Shown: positions 46,868 to 56,320 of the stretch, piece by piece
Layout of the letters: the number at the start of each line of letters is the position of its first letter
Numbering within the stretch: position 1 is the first letter of the stretch
The notes under the pieces: generated by a model
Told to the model about the DNA's origin: nothing
What the model saw: the letters and a program-made list of their open reading frames with translations, nothing else
The model's database searches: none
NCBI GenBank assembly: GCA_965215505.1
Contig: OZ244065.1
Coordinates: 4,832,001-4,896,000 of the forward strand
Direction of reading: 5' to 3'
DNA from: Capsulimonadaceae bacterium
GTDB taxonomy: Bacteria > Armatimonadota > Armatimonadia > Armatimonadales > Capsulimonadaceae
DNA: 64,000 bases
Position numbers and translations under genes: made by a program

Positions 46868-48137
46868 CCAGCGCGCGCGTCCCGCCGTCGGCGTCCCAGC
46901 GGCACTCCGCCGCCATCCACGGTGGTAGAGGCCCGAGTGACAGAAGCAACTCAACTACGCTGCCCCGGCAGAGCGCACAGCGCCCGCGCTCGTAAAGTGC
47001 CAGCAGCGTTGGCACGGCTTCGGGTGATGCGTTCACTTTGATGAGTTCGCGGGCTAGTATGCCGAGTGAATGAAAGTCATCGGCGGGCATGTCCGGGTTG
47101 ACCAGCCGTTCGACCCGCGCGTAGTCGCCCGGCGCGAAGTTGTTCCGCAGCAGATGGAACGCCACTGAGGGCGGCTCCTCGGCCTCCATCAGTTCCAGCG
47201 CAAGGGTGCGGACGCGCGGGTCGGTCAGGTTGCCCAAAAGCCAGCGTGATGCCTCGGCCACTTCCTCGTCACGCGCCCGTGCCAGGCTCAGAAGCCGGTC
47301 AATCGGGAGCGGGAAAGGCCGATCGCGGAACATGTGCAGTCGCTTAATCAGTGGCACACGGTCGGTTTCCGCCAGCAGGTCCTGCGCCAGCCTCGCCAGC
47401 GTGTCACCGTCCAGACGCCTGGCCCAGCTCCGCCACTTCGGCCAGCGCGTCGTCTGCTTCGGGTCGGCAATCCGTTCCACTATCTCGTCGTAGGTCGGAA
47501 CGGCGAGGGGCCTGCGGCTGTCGCGCCATTCATGCCACTGCACCCGCTTCTGCTCCACCCCGGTCAGGTAGTCCGCGAGTTCCGGCCTCCCCTCAGCCGC
47601 CCGTCCGAGCGCCTGCCGCGCTCCTTCCCGCCCGATCTGCTTCTCCAACTTCTCCAGCAGCCATGCCTCCTGCCAGTGTTCTTCCTCCGGCAGCAAATGC
47701 CTCTGCCACTGCTCCGCGACGAACAGATTGCCGGCGAGGCCGTCCAGTGCGACGAGGTCCTCCGCGCCGGTCGTGTCCTGATGGACCGCGTTCCGCGCGA
47801 AGCGGTCGCACATCACGCTCCGCGCTTCTCCGCCGCTATTCCGAGCGAACCGCGCGGCCAGCTCATAAAGCTGGCCGTAGCTGTAGCCCTCACCGTCCGT
47901 GCCCAGCGCCGCGCGGATGTGGGCGGCGTAAGACTCCGGCTCGCCCGTAGCCTCCACTATGTCCAGCAGGTACTCAGTCCTGTAGCCTTCAGCCTGCCCG
48001 TCGAATGTGCGGTCATACAAACACGAGTCGAGGATGGCCTCCCGGAAGGGCGCGGCGTCGTTCCCGCGCAGGAAGAGGACCACCCGGCCGAAGCCGCAGG
48101 CCAGCTTGTCCAGGAACGTCTTGGCATCAATCGGCAT
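46854..48137 (-). CDS. Hypothetical alpha-helical (HEAT-like) protein
   Basis: Long ORF downstream of the kinase-like gene. Start at 48137 (ATG) or 48158 (TTG). Confidence 0.7.
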   Translation of the reverse strand: MPIDAKTFLDKLACGFGRVVLFLRGNDAAPFREAILDSCLYDRTFDGQAEGYRTEYLLDIVEATGEPESYAAHIRAALGTDGEGYSYGQLYELAARFARNSGGEARSVMCDRFARNAVHQDTTGAEDLVALDGLAGNLFVAEQWQRHLLPEEEHWQEAWLLEKLEKQIGREGARQALGRAAEGRPELADYLTGVEQKRVQWHEWRDSRRPLAVPTYDEIVERIADPKQTTRWPKWRSWARRLDGDTLARLAQDLLAETDRVPLIKRLHMFRDRPFPLPIDRLLSLARARDEEVAEASRWLLGNLTDPRVRTLALELMEAEEPPSVAFHLLRNNFAPGDYARVERLVNPDMPADDFHSLGILARELIKVNASPEAVPTLLALYERGRCALCRGSVVELLLSLGPLPPWMAAECRWDADGGTRALVSRW

Positions 48138-48170
48138 GTGTGTGAAGTCTGTCGGCAACCGGCGGCCCCT

Positions 48171-49367
48171 TCAGCGGAACGGCGGATAAAGCGGCATGTC
48201 TTCCCCGTCGGCCCACAGTCCGCGCAGCTTCGCTTCCAGGGCGCGGGCGGTCGCGGCGAGTGCGGGCAGGACATGGTACTGCTCGCTGACCTCCGCGAAG
48301 TTCGCCAGACGCAACGGGGGCCGCTGCCGCTCCGTCGAGAGGCCCCACGGACTGTCCTCTTTCAGTGCCTCCTCCAGACTCCAACTGACCGAGGCGATGG
48401 CCCAATAGGCATTCGCATGGACCAGGGCCGGGAAGAAGAGCGCGTCGTCGCCCGCTTCGGGGCAGCCCCGGACGAGTTCCGCCCGGTACGTCTCTTCCAG
48501 GCGCGGCGGCAGGTCGGGCGGCAGGCGGTTGACGCACCAGCAGGTCGGGAACGGCAGGCGCAGGTAGGCCGCGTCCAGGAGCGCGTGGCGGAAATCGCTG
48601 AACTCGAAATCAAAGAAGCACAGGGCATCCTCGGCCACGAATCGGTGGTTGTCCGGGCAGGTGTCGCCGGGACTGAAGGCGAGGAACGGCCCCGGCGCGT
48701 ATATCGCAGCCTGTACCTGCGCGGCCTCGGCCTCGAACCCGGCGGCGAGGGGGACCCCCAGCGCCTCGCACTGCGCCCGGAACGGGGCGACGTTCTCCCG
48801 CAGCCAGCGGACGCCCTCCCGTTCCCGCTCCTGCCCGGCGGCCCCGAACGAGTTCCTGCGACGCATCCACTCCGCCTCGCGGCCCATCGTCGCCGTGTGC
48901 AAACGGCCCAGCGAACGGGCATAGGCGAACAGGCCCGCCTCCAGGGCTGCCCGGTCCGTCCCCTGCATCCGGTCAGCCAGACAGCCGCCCGCACCGAGGT
49001 CTTCGGTGATGACAAGCCCGGCCTCCCGGCTGGCGGCATAGAAGCGCGCGCCGAGGGCGGGGACCACCTTTAGGCTCCCGACCAGCTCCGCCCCGGCCCA
49101 CTCGTTGTAGAAGCGCTCGGCCGGGCTTTCGGAGTCGTCACCAGTCGGGTCAAAGGCTTCCTCGCCCTTGCCGACGGAAGCCTTGACGATGACGCTCCCA
49201 GGGGAGCCGCTCGGAGCCTCCCCGACCGGGCAGCGCAGGACGCGGTTGCGGCCCTTCTCGCGCAGGACTTCCGCGTCGCCGAGCCGGACCGGGCCGCCCC
49301 AGGCGTGTGCTAGGGCGGCGGCCGCCGCCGCCACGAACTTAACGACTTCCGCCTCATTGCTGCTCAT
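48171..49367 (-). CDS. APH/choline-kinase-like phosphotransferase
   Basis: VIVK, ITEDLG, LGRLH, GDTCPDN (catalytic loop), FFDFE. Confidence 0.75.
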   Translation of the reverse strand: MSSNEAEVVKFVAAAAAALAHAWGGPVRLGDAEVLREKGRNRVLRCPVGEAPSGSPGSVIVKASVGKGEEAFDPTGDDSESPAERFYNEWAGAELVGSLKVVPALGARFYAASREAGLVITEDLGAGGCLADRMQGTDRAALEAGLFAYARSLGRLHTATMGREAEWMRRRNSFGAAGQEREREGVRWLRENVAPFRAQCEALGVPLAAGFEAEAAQVQAAIYAPGPFLAFSPGDTCPDNHRFVAEDALCFFDFEFSDFRHALLDAAYLRLPFPTCWCVNRLPPDLPPRLEETYRAELVRGCPEAGDDALFFPALVHANAYWAIASVSWSLEEALKEDSPWGLSTERQRPPLRLANFAEVSEQYHVLPALAATARALEAKLRGLWADGEDMPLYPPFR

Positions 49368-49451
49368 GTGTTCTCCTCTTCGGGCGCATTGCATCACACC
49401 CTGATATCGCCCACATGACGCCTGTTACTAAAGTGCCCTGCCGATTCCTTC

Positions 49452-49480
49452 TTGACACCCTCCCTTAAACCTGTTACACT
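49452..49480 (+). promoter_or_regulatory. Promoter for a leaderless GNAT transcript
   Basis: TTGACA, 17 bp, (TGt)TACACT, 7 nt, then ATG 49488. Confidence 0.7.
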
Positions 49481-49487
49481 ACCTGGA

Positions 49488-49991
49488 ATGACCCTCCGAG
49501 AAGCCACGCCCGACGACGCGGAAGAACTGGTCGCCTACATCCACCGCCTCGACGATGAACCGGACAGCATGCTGCCGCGCGCCCCCGGCGAGTTCCTGAT
49601 GACGCCCGAGCAGGAGCGGGCACTGCTGGCGGAGTACGCCGCCTCGGACAACGCGGTCTACCTCGTCGCCGAGGCGGAGGGCCAACTGATCGCCAGCCTG
49701 AGCTGCACCGGCGGCAAGCGCCGGGCCACCCGCCACAACGCCGCCTTCGGCATGTCCGTCGCGCAAGAGTGGCGGAACAAAGGGGTGGGAACTGCCTTGC
49801 TGGGCCGCCTCGTCGAGTGGGCCGAGGGCACCGGCGTCATTCGCCGCCTTGAGCTGGAAGTCTACGCCCACAACGAACCCGCCCTCCACCTTTACCGCAA
49901 GTTCGGCTTTGTCGAGGAGGGCCAGCGCCAGCGGGCGTACTTCCAGCACGGGCGCTTCATTGACGGCATCCTCATGGCGCGGCTGTTCTAG
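49488..49991 (+). CDS. GNAT N-acetyltransferase
   Basis: WRNKGVGTALL, LEVYAHNEPALHLYRKFGF. Confidence 0.92.
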   Translation: MTLREATPDDAEELVAYIHRLDDEPDSMLPRAPGEFLMTPEQERALLAEYAASDNAVYLVAEAEGQLIASLSCTGGKRRATRHNAAFGMSVAQEWRNKGVGTALLGRLVEWAEGTGVIRRLELEVYAHNEPALHLYRKFGFVEEGQRQRAYFQHGRFIDGILMARLF

Positions 49992-50036
49992 CCACTTCTT
50001 GACAAACCCCCCGCCGCCCCGCCATACTGAAAGGGT

Positions 50037-50804
50037 ATGCTCACCGCGACATTCATCCATGCCCCCGGCGTCGGCCCCGTCACCGAACAGGCCCTGTGGG
50101 CGCAGGGCGTGGCCTCGTGGGAGGATTATCTGGAACGGGCCGAGGCCCTGAAGATCGCCCCGCGCCACAAGGGAGTCCTGCGCGGGACGGTGGAAGACAG
50201 CGTCGCCGCCCTGGAGGAAGGGCGGACGGACTACTTCGCGCGCAACCTGCCCGGCCGCGAACACTGGCGGGCGGTCTCGCACTTCCCCAAGATCGGGTAT
50301 CTGGACATCGAGACGAACGGCGGCCTCAGCGCCGACTCGATCACGGTGATCGGGCTGTATGACGGCGACGAGACGCACTTCTATGTCAAGGGCGAGAACC
50401 TGGCGCAGTTCGCCTATGAGGCGCAGGACTATGACGGCTTCGTGACCTTCTTCGGCACCGGCTTCGACGTACCGTTCCTCAAGCGCCGCTTCCCCGTGCT
50501 GGAATCCGTCTTCGCGGATCGTTTTCATGTGGACCTGTGCCCGCTGCTCAAGCGGCTGGGCCATACCGGCGGGTTGAAGCGCATCGAGTCGGCCCTCCGC
50601 ATCGCCCGGACGCCCGAGACGGACGGCCTGGGCGGCATGGACGCCGTCCGCCTGTGGCGGGCCTGGCGGCGGGGCGGGCGGGATGCCGAGGAAGCCCGCC
50701 GCCTGCTGCTTCTGTACAACCAGGAGGACGTCGTCAACATGCAGGCGCTGCTCCGGTACGCCCTGCCGCGTTTGCAAGCGCGGGCCGGGTATACTGGCGT
50801 ATAA
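50037..50804 (+). CDS. RNase H-like (YprB/RNase_H_2) exonuclease
   Basis: N-terminal HhH GVGP, YLDIET, FDVPFL, GGLKRIE, YNQEDV. TTGACA-18-CATACT just upstream. Confidence 0.85.
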   Translation: MLTATFIHAPGVGPVTEQALWAQGVASWEDYLERAEALKIAPRHKGVLRGTVEDSVAALEEGRTDYFARNLPGREHWRAVSHFPKIGYLDIETNGGLSADSITVIGLYDGDETHFYVKGENLAQFAYEAQDYDGFVTFFGTGFDVPFLKRRFPVLESVFADRFHVDLCPLLKRLGHTGGLKRIESALRIARTPETDGLGGMDAVRLWRAWRRGGRDAEEARRLLLLYNQEDVVNMQALLRYALPRLQARAGYTGV

Positions 50805-50842
50805 TCCAAGGATCAAATCAAGTTCGGAAGGAGACTCTTCTT

Positions 50843-51109
50843 ATGGCAGAGCAGGAGACAGGCGGCGGCACGGGGAAACCCAGTCTGACCGAAGAAGTGC
50901 AGGCGCAGCCGGAAACGACGAACGAAGCCGGGACCGAAATGCCGGCCCTGAACCGCGCCGAGCGGCGCGCGCAGGCGAAGGGCAAGAAGACGGGCGGCGG
51001 GGCGGCTACGGGCCTGCCCGCGTCCGGCGGGCTGCGCGGGCCGAACCCGCGCACGACCGGCGCGGCCACCCCGGTCCGCGTCAACCGGACCGGCAGCCGG
51101 TCCAAATAA
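50843..51109 (+). CDS. Small disordered protein with NRAERRA motif
   Basis: AAGGAG SD, 88 aa, followed by a terminator. Confidence 0.65.
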   Translation: MAEQETGGGTGKPSLTEEVQAQPETTNEAGTEMPALNRAERRAQAKGKKTGGGAATGLPASGGLRGPNPRTTGAATPVRVNRTGSRSK

Positions 51110-51122
51110 CCGCGCGATCACG

Positions 51123-51158
51123 AAAACGCCGAACCGTTTTGACCCGGTTCGGCGTTTT
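51123..51158. terminator. Intrinsic terminator
   Basis: aaaacgccgaaccg...cggttcggcgtttt. Confidence 0.8.
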
Positions 51159-51179
51159 GAGTGTGAAAGGAGATCTTCC

Positions 51180-52412
51180 ATGTCTCTCCCATTTAGGCGT
51201 CTGTCATCCTTCAGCCGTCCGCTCGGCGTGGCCGCACTCGGCCTGAGCCTGCTCGCCGGCCCGCTCACGGCCCGCGCCCAACTCGGCGTCCACATCGACC
51301 CGCAGGCGCGCACCCTCCTTGATGAGATGGTGGCCTCGCAGCAGGCATTGACCGGCCTCAAGGCCACTGTCACCGTCCGGGACTTCGCGGCGGCGGGCGA
51401 GCGGGACCAAACGATCACCCTGGCGTTCCACCGGCCCAACCAGGCCCGCGTCGCCCTCGGCGACCATGCCGGTCCCCTCGCACAGTTCAGTGCCGACGGT
51501 AAAAACCTCGTCATCTACTCGGTCCGCGACAAGAAATTCACCCGGCAAGCCGCGCCCACCGGGCCAGACGCCATCGCCGGGGTCCTGAGCCTGTCGCGCG
51601 CCCTGCTGCCCGCCCTGCTGTCACGGCCCGCCATCCTTACCCGTCTCCTGGTCCAACCCGGCGTCCAGGTGGCCGGCGCGGGCGCGGACACGGTGGGCGG
51701 CGTGCCCGTGGACGTCGTCAACGTCACGCCGGCCGCGAAGCCCGGTGCTCCCCGACTGACACTCTCCCTCGCCGTGGGCCGCAAGGACCACCTGCTGCGG
51801 CGTCTGACCGAGCGCACGTCCGCTTCCCAGGCCGGCCCGAAGTCGCTGCACACCGAGACCGTCACCCTGCTGACGGCGGACCCCCGGCTGACCGCGCGGG
51901 ACTTCGCCTTCACGCCCCCGGCGGGCGTCACGAAGATGGCGCAGCAGTCCCAGCCGACGATGCACGACCCGCGCCTCGTGCCGGGCGCGCGGCCCTTCCC
52001 GATCGTGGCAAAAGACCTGAGCGGACAGCCGCTCTCGCTGGCGCAGTACCGGGGGAAGGTGGTCCTGATGGACTTCTGGGCGACCTGGTGCGGGCCGTGC
52101 GTCGGCGAGATGCCGAACGTCATCGCCGCCTACAGGAAGTACCACGCGCAAGGCTTCGACGTGGTGGGCGTCTCGCTGGACTCGGACCACGCGGCCCTGA
52201 CATCGTTCCTCAAGCAGAACCAGATGCCCTGGCGTCAGGTCTACGACGGCAAAGGGTGGGAGAGCGCCGTCCCGAACCAGTACGGCGTCCGCTCCATCCC
52301 CTTCGCCCTGCTGGTCGGGCGCGACGGCAGGATCATCGCCGTCGGGGCGCGCGGCCCGGACCTAGGGACGGCGATCCAGCACGCGCTGGCCCAGAAGACG
52401 GCGGCCCGGTAG
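51180..52412 (+). CDS. Exported LolA-like (DUF2092) + TlpA disulfide reductase fusion
   Basis: Signal peptide, DPQARTLL...RPNQAR...DGK...DFAFTPP, then DFWATWCGPC and SIP. Confidence 0.8.
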   Translation: MSLPFRRLSSFSRPLGVAALGLSLLAGPLTARAQLGVHIDPQARTLLDEMVASQQALTGLKATVTVRDFAAAGERDQTITLAFHRPNQARVALGDHAGPLAQFSADGKNLVIYSVRDKKFTRQAAPTGPDAIAGVLSLSRALLPALLSRPAILTRLLVQPGVQVAGAGADTVGGVPVDVVNVTPAAKPGAPRLTLSLAVGRKDHLLRRLTERTSASQAGPKSLHTETVTLLTADPRLTARDFAFTPPAGVTKMAQQSQPTMHDPRLVPGARPFPIVAKDLSGQPLSLAQYRGKVVLMDFWATWCGPCVGEMPNVIAAYRKYHAQGFDVVGVSLDSDHAALTSFLKQNQMPWRQVYDGKGWESAVPNQYGVRSIPFALLVGRDGRIIAVGARGPDLGTAIQHALAQKTAAR

Positions 52413-52413
52413 A

Positions 52414-52591
52414 TCCTCTCCCCCGGCGCAAGCGCCGTCCCCTCCCCTCGGAGGGAAAGGGTGTAAGTAGAGATTGGGGCAGTCTTATCGCAAGCCTGAC
52501 CGTGACCGGCAGCCGCATGACAAGAAGTGCCTTGGCCCCCACCACACCCCCTTCCCGCTTCGGGAGGGGCAGCGGCTTGTCGCGGGGTGGG
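52414..52591. repeat. Degenerate copies of the CCCTCGGAGGG REP family
   Basis: ccccggcgcaagcgccgtcccctcccctcggagggaaagggt resembles the 25743 arm. A second, looser hairpin lies near 52546-52591. Confidence 0.6.
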
Positions 52592-52592
52592 T

Positions 52593-52718
52593 TCAGTGTT
52601 CGTCCGTGTTCGACGCCTGCTGCCGCTTCTCGCGGCTGAAGATCCCGATCATGATGCTCCCCGTGACGAGCAGGGACAGGCCGGCGACGGTCATGAGGAC
52701 GATTGCTTGGTGTGGCAT
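52593..52718 (-). CDS. 41-aa single-pass membrane protein
   Basis: Manual translation MPHQAIVLMTVAGLSLLVTGSIMIGIFSREKRQQASNTDEH with an AAGGA SD, directly after the folC stop. Confidence 0.6.
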   Translation of the reverse strand: MPHQAIVLMTVAGLSLLVTGSIMIGIFSREKRQQASNTDEH

Positions 52719-52733
52719 GGTGAATGGTTTCCT

Positions 52734-54047
52734 TTAGGAAGTCGGAGTTTCGGAACTCAAGTCGGACCAGAAGGCGGGCGGCACGTCGCCCACCGTGTAG
52801 AACGAGCCGGTGACGCAGACCAGGTCGTCCGGCCCGGCCTGGGACAGCGCCAGCCGGACGGCGTCGGCGACGCCCGTCTCGACCGTCTGTACATTCGGAA
52901 AGCCGTGGCGGCGGGCGGCCTCCGCCACGTCGAGGGCCGGGCGCGGGCGGAAGGCCGGCTGGGTCGCGACCAGCAGGGCCGGCCTCAGCGCGGCCAATGG
53001 GGCCAGGAACGGGCCAGGGTCGTGGTGCCGGGACAGGCCGACCACCAGAGTCAGCCGCCGCCCGTCCGCGCCGTACTGGTCGCGCAGGGCCGCCGCCAGC
53101 ACCAGGGCCGACAGCTCGTTGTGCGCCACGTCCACGACGACCGTTGGGCTTGACCGTACCTGTTCCAGACGGCCCGGCACCCAGGCCGTCTCCAGGCCGT
53201 GCCGCGCGACCTCGTCGGAAACCGGGGGCAGCTCAGACGGAGCGACGGCGTCCAGGGCGCAGAGCGCCGCCGCCGCGTTGACCGCCTGGAACGCGCCCCG
53301 CAGCTCCAAACGCACCCCGGCCAGGGTGCGTTTCGGCGTCGTCAGCGTCAGCCCGTCGGCACCGAGTTCCGGGGAGGGAACCGGAATCAGGGGAGCGCCC
53401 CGCTCCTTGCAGATGCGCGCGATCACCTCCCACGCCTCGCCGCCGACCGGAACGCCGGTGACGCACGGGACGCCGGGCTTGACGATGCCCGCCTTCTCCG
53501 CCGCGATCTCCCCCAAAGTCTCGCCCAGCAATTCGGTGTGGTCCAGCCCGATGTTCGTGATGACCGTCATCAGCGGGCGCGTGACGACGTTCGTCGCGTC
53601 CAGCCGTCCGCCCAAGCCCACCTCCAGCACGGCATAATCCACGGCCCGCTCGGCGAAGTAGCACAGGCCGACTGCTGTCTTCAGCTCGAACTCCGTGGTC
53701 GCCCCGTGTTCTGTTTCCTCTAAAGCCACCACATGCGGGCGGATGTCCGAAACCCAGCGGGCGAAGTCCGCCCGCGAGATCATCTCGCCGTTGATCTGGA
53801 CGCGCTCGCGGACGTCGTAAACATAGGGCGATAGGTACATCCCGACTGTATGGCCCGCCTCCCGCAAAACATTGGCCGCCATCGCCGTCGTGGACCCCTT
53901 GCCTTTCGTCCCGGCGATGTGGATGACGCGCAGACACTCCTGCGGGTCCCCCAGCCGGTGCAGCAGGGCGAGGAACCGCTCGTTCCCCAGCTTCATCCCC
54001 AGCCGCAGCCGCCCCTGCATGTATCCCAGCGCCTCATCAAAATCCAT
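52734..54047 (-). CDS. folC: Folylpolyglutamate synthase / dihydrofolate synthase
   Basis: HIAGTKGKGST, EVGLGGRLDATNV, IGLDH, EKAGI, PGRLE, DVAHN, VTGSFY. Confidence 0.96.
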   Translation of the reverse strand: MDFDEALGYMQGRLRLGMKLGNERFLALLHRLGDPQECLRVIHIAGTKGKGSTTAMAANVLREAGHTVGMYLSPYVYDVRERVQINGEMISRADFARWVSDIRPHVVALEETEHGATTEFELKTAVGLCYFAERAVDYAVLEVGLGGRLDATNVVTRPLMTVITNIGLDHTELLGETLGEIAAEKAGIVKPGVPCVTGVPVGGEAWEVIARICKERGAPLIPVPSPELGADGLTLTTPKRTLAGVRLELRGAFQAVNAAAALCALDAVAPSELPPVSDEVARHGLETAWVPGRLEQVRSSPTVVVDVAHNELSALVLAAALRDQYGADGRRLTLVVGLSRHHDPGPFLAPLAALRPALLVATQPAFRPRPALDVAEAARRHGFPNVQTVETGVADAVRLALSQAGPDDLVCVTGSFYTVGDVPPAFWSDLSSETPTS

Positions 54048-54118
54048 AGGGGCCTTAGTATACCCGACCCACGGAGCGCGCGGATATGTTATAATGGAGC
54101 CATTCAGAGGAGAATACC

Positions 54119-54958
54119 ATGAACACGACGCTTCCGACGCAGGCCACCGAGTTCGACACCGCCGCCCTCATGGGCGGCCTCTATGGGGACGGCATCCTCG
54201 GCCTCAAAGGGGCCTTCGACCGCCGATGGGTGCAGGACCTCCGCGAAGACATCGACGTGCTGTTCCAGGAGGCCCTGGCCCGCCCCGGCGGGGCCGTCGG
54301 GCGCGGGCCGAAGCGCTACTACGTCGAGATCCACCCGGAGCGGGTGCGCGGGTTCGTCCACCTCGCCACCCACCCTTGGGTGACATCGGTCTGCGAGGCC
54401 GTCCTCGGCCCGGACTACCAGATCGTGGAGATCGGTTTTGACGTGCCCGGTCCCGGCGCGGTCAACCAGCCCTGGCACCGCGACTTCCCCGCCCCCGAGG
54501 AGACACTGACCGGCCGGCGGCTGACCTCGCTCGCGTTCAACGTCACCGCCGTGGACGTGTTCGAGGACATGGGGCCGTTCGAGATCGCCCCCGGAACCCA
54601 GTGGGACGCCCCCGACGGCTTTGAACACGGCATGTTCGCGCCCAAGTCACTCTACCCCCGGTACGAGGGCCGCGCGCAGCGCAAGATGCCGCAGATGGGC
54701 GACATCTCCGTCCGCTCCGCCCTGACCATGCACCGGGGCACGGCGAACCACTCGGACAAGTCCCGCCCCGTCCTCGTCCTGGGCGTGGATGCGCCCGGAG
54801 CGGGCAATGCCGAGCGTCACGACTTGCAGGCGACGCCTGCCTTCAACGAAACCCTGCCCGCCGCCCTGCGCGCACACATGACTTACCGCGTGGTGGACGT
54901 TTTGGAACCCATCGTGCAGGCCCACACCATCGAGGGCCTGGTCATGGGCGAGGCGTAG
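54119..54958 (+). CDS. Phytanoyl-CoA dioxygenase (PhyH) family 2OG-Fe(II) enzyme
   Basis: QPWHRD, MGPFEIAPGT, HRGTAN...R. Extended -10 TGtTATAAT at 54087-54095 and GAGGAG SD. Confidence 0.88.
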   Translation: MNTTLPTQATEFDTAALMGGLYGDGILGLKGAFDRRWVQDLREDIDVLFQEALARPGGAVGRGPKRYYVEIHPERVRGFVHLATHPWVTSVCEAVLGPDYQIVEIGFDVPGPGAVNQPWHRDFPAPEETLTGRRLTSLAFNVTAVDVFEDMGPFEIAPGTQWDAPDGFEHGMFAPKSLYPRYEGRAQRKMPQMGDISVRSALTMHRGTANHSDKSRPVLVLGVDAPGAGNAERHDLQATPAFNETLPAALRAHMTYRVVDVLEPIVQAHTIEGLVMGEA

Positions 54959-54980
54959 GGCGGGGAAACCCCGCCCCTAC
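54955..54980. repeat. GTAG REP hairpin containing the PhyH-family stop codon
   Basis: GTAGggcggggaaaccccgcccCTAC, with TAG 54956-54958 as the stop. Confidence 0.7.
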
Positions 54981-54982
54981 GT

Positions 54983-56170
54983 CTACCACCCGCGCAGCCG
55001 TTTCAGGTCCTTGTAGGCCAGGACGATCTCCTGCATCTCGGCGTTCGCCCGCTCCCTGACGTCCGGGCCGTCCACGCGCACCCGGTCCGGGTGGTGGATG
55101 AGGACGAGTTTCCGGAACTGCCGGGTCGCCTCCGCCTTCGTGCAGGACGGCAGCAGGCCCAGCCGCCCGAAGCAGTCCTCGGACGGCGCATCCGACGGCG
55201 GCATCTCCCCGTCGGTCCGGCGGAAGCGCTGGAACGCCCGGAACAGGGCGGCAAACTGGTCCGCCGCCCCGACCGAACTCACATGGAGCGTCGCCTTCAG
55301 TTCTGACTCCGGCAGAGAACCCGGCTCGGGTGTCGAACCAGGCTCGGGCGGCGCTTCGACCTCCAGGACCCCGTACTGCGCGATGGGGATGCCCTGCGTC
55401 CCGCCCGAGGCCGTCCGCCGCAGGGGCCGGCCCACGACCTGTGCGTCCCGAGGCACCTGCTCCTCCTCGATGAACCGTGTCGTCCCCGCCGCCACCTTCA
55501 GGCGCGCGTACTCGATGGCCTCATACTCCCCGTTTTGCAGCACATACAGCCGGTCCGGGAGGAACAGCCACCGTTGCGTGCCCAGGTGCAGGCAGTACGG
55601 CATGATGCTGCTGGTCAGCCCCATGGGCGTCTCGCGGCGCAGGGAGGCGCGCACCCGCGTCACCAGCGCCTCCTTGTCCTGCTGCCGGCCCGCAGTGCGT
55701 TCCCGCGTCTCGATCCGCCAGATTCGCTCGGTCCGCGTGAGCGCGTCCAGCGCGTGGTTCAGCAGAGTCCAGCGCTCCCGCGCGTCGGCATCCAATTGGT
55801 ATATCAGGTGGAAGCGCTGCCGCTGCGCGTCCGCCGCCCGCGCGTAGTGGAACGCGGCCACCGTCAGGGCCGCCACCAGCGCACACAGGAGGAGGCGGAC
55901 CCAAGACGGCAGCGGGAGCAGGAAAAACACAAAGCCGATGGCCGCGCCCCCTACCGGCACCATCCCCACCCACTGGGCCGGACGCCAGGCCGCATTCATC
56001 TGATTCAGTGCCGCGCGGGACGACCGCAGGGGAGTCTGATCGGCCTCACCCTGTTCCGAGTGCGGCGTGGTCCGCCCCTGCCCATTCGTTTGCCGGTACT
56101 GTCTCCCCTCGGCGCTTATGGCGATCTGCATCCCGCCGACCTCGACTGATTTCCGCTCCGCAAATGCCAT
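54983..56170 (-). CDS. Membrane protein with C-terminal J domain and DUF4236-like N-terminus
   Basis: Two TM segments and C-terminal LGL...FRKLV..HHPDR...EI..AY. Start uncertain (56170 vs 56266). Confidence 0.75.
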   Translation of the reverse strand: MAFAERKSVEVGGMQIAISAEGRQYRQTNGQGRTTPHSEQGEADQTPLRSSRAALNQMNAAWRPAQWVGMVPVGGAAIGFVFFLLPLPSWVRLLLCALVAALTVAAFHYARAADAQRQRFHLIYQLDADARERWTLLNHALDALTRTERIWRIETRERTAGRQQDKEALVTRVRASLRRETPMGLTSSIMPYCLHLGTQRWLFLPDRLYVLQNGEYEAIEYARLKVAAGTTRFIEEEQVPRDAQVVGRPLRRTASGGTQGIPIAQYGVLEVEAPPEPGSTPEPGSLPESELKATLHVSSVGAADQFAALFRAFQRFRRTDGEMPPSDAPSEDCFGRLGLLPSCTKAEATRQFRKLVLIHHPDRVRVDGPDVRERANAEMQEIVLAYKDLKRLRGW

Positions 56171-56320
56171 GTGTTCCGCCGGACCCACTTTCCTCTTCGC
56201 TCCGCGCCTCTTCCGCCGCGCCGCCCTCTTTGTTCCCCGTGTGGCGGGTGTTTCCCTGCTTCCCACGCCTCACGCGGGATATTATCGGCTAAAACGGCGG
56301 CGTGTGGTATCCTTGCATGC

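Noticed and set aside
47334-49073. 579-aa plus-strand ORF
   Set aside because: Spans two better-supported minus-strand genes.
49452-49487. TTG start extending the GNAT ORF
   Set aside because: The TTG is part of the TTGACA -35 box, so ATG 49488 fits better.
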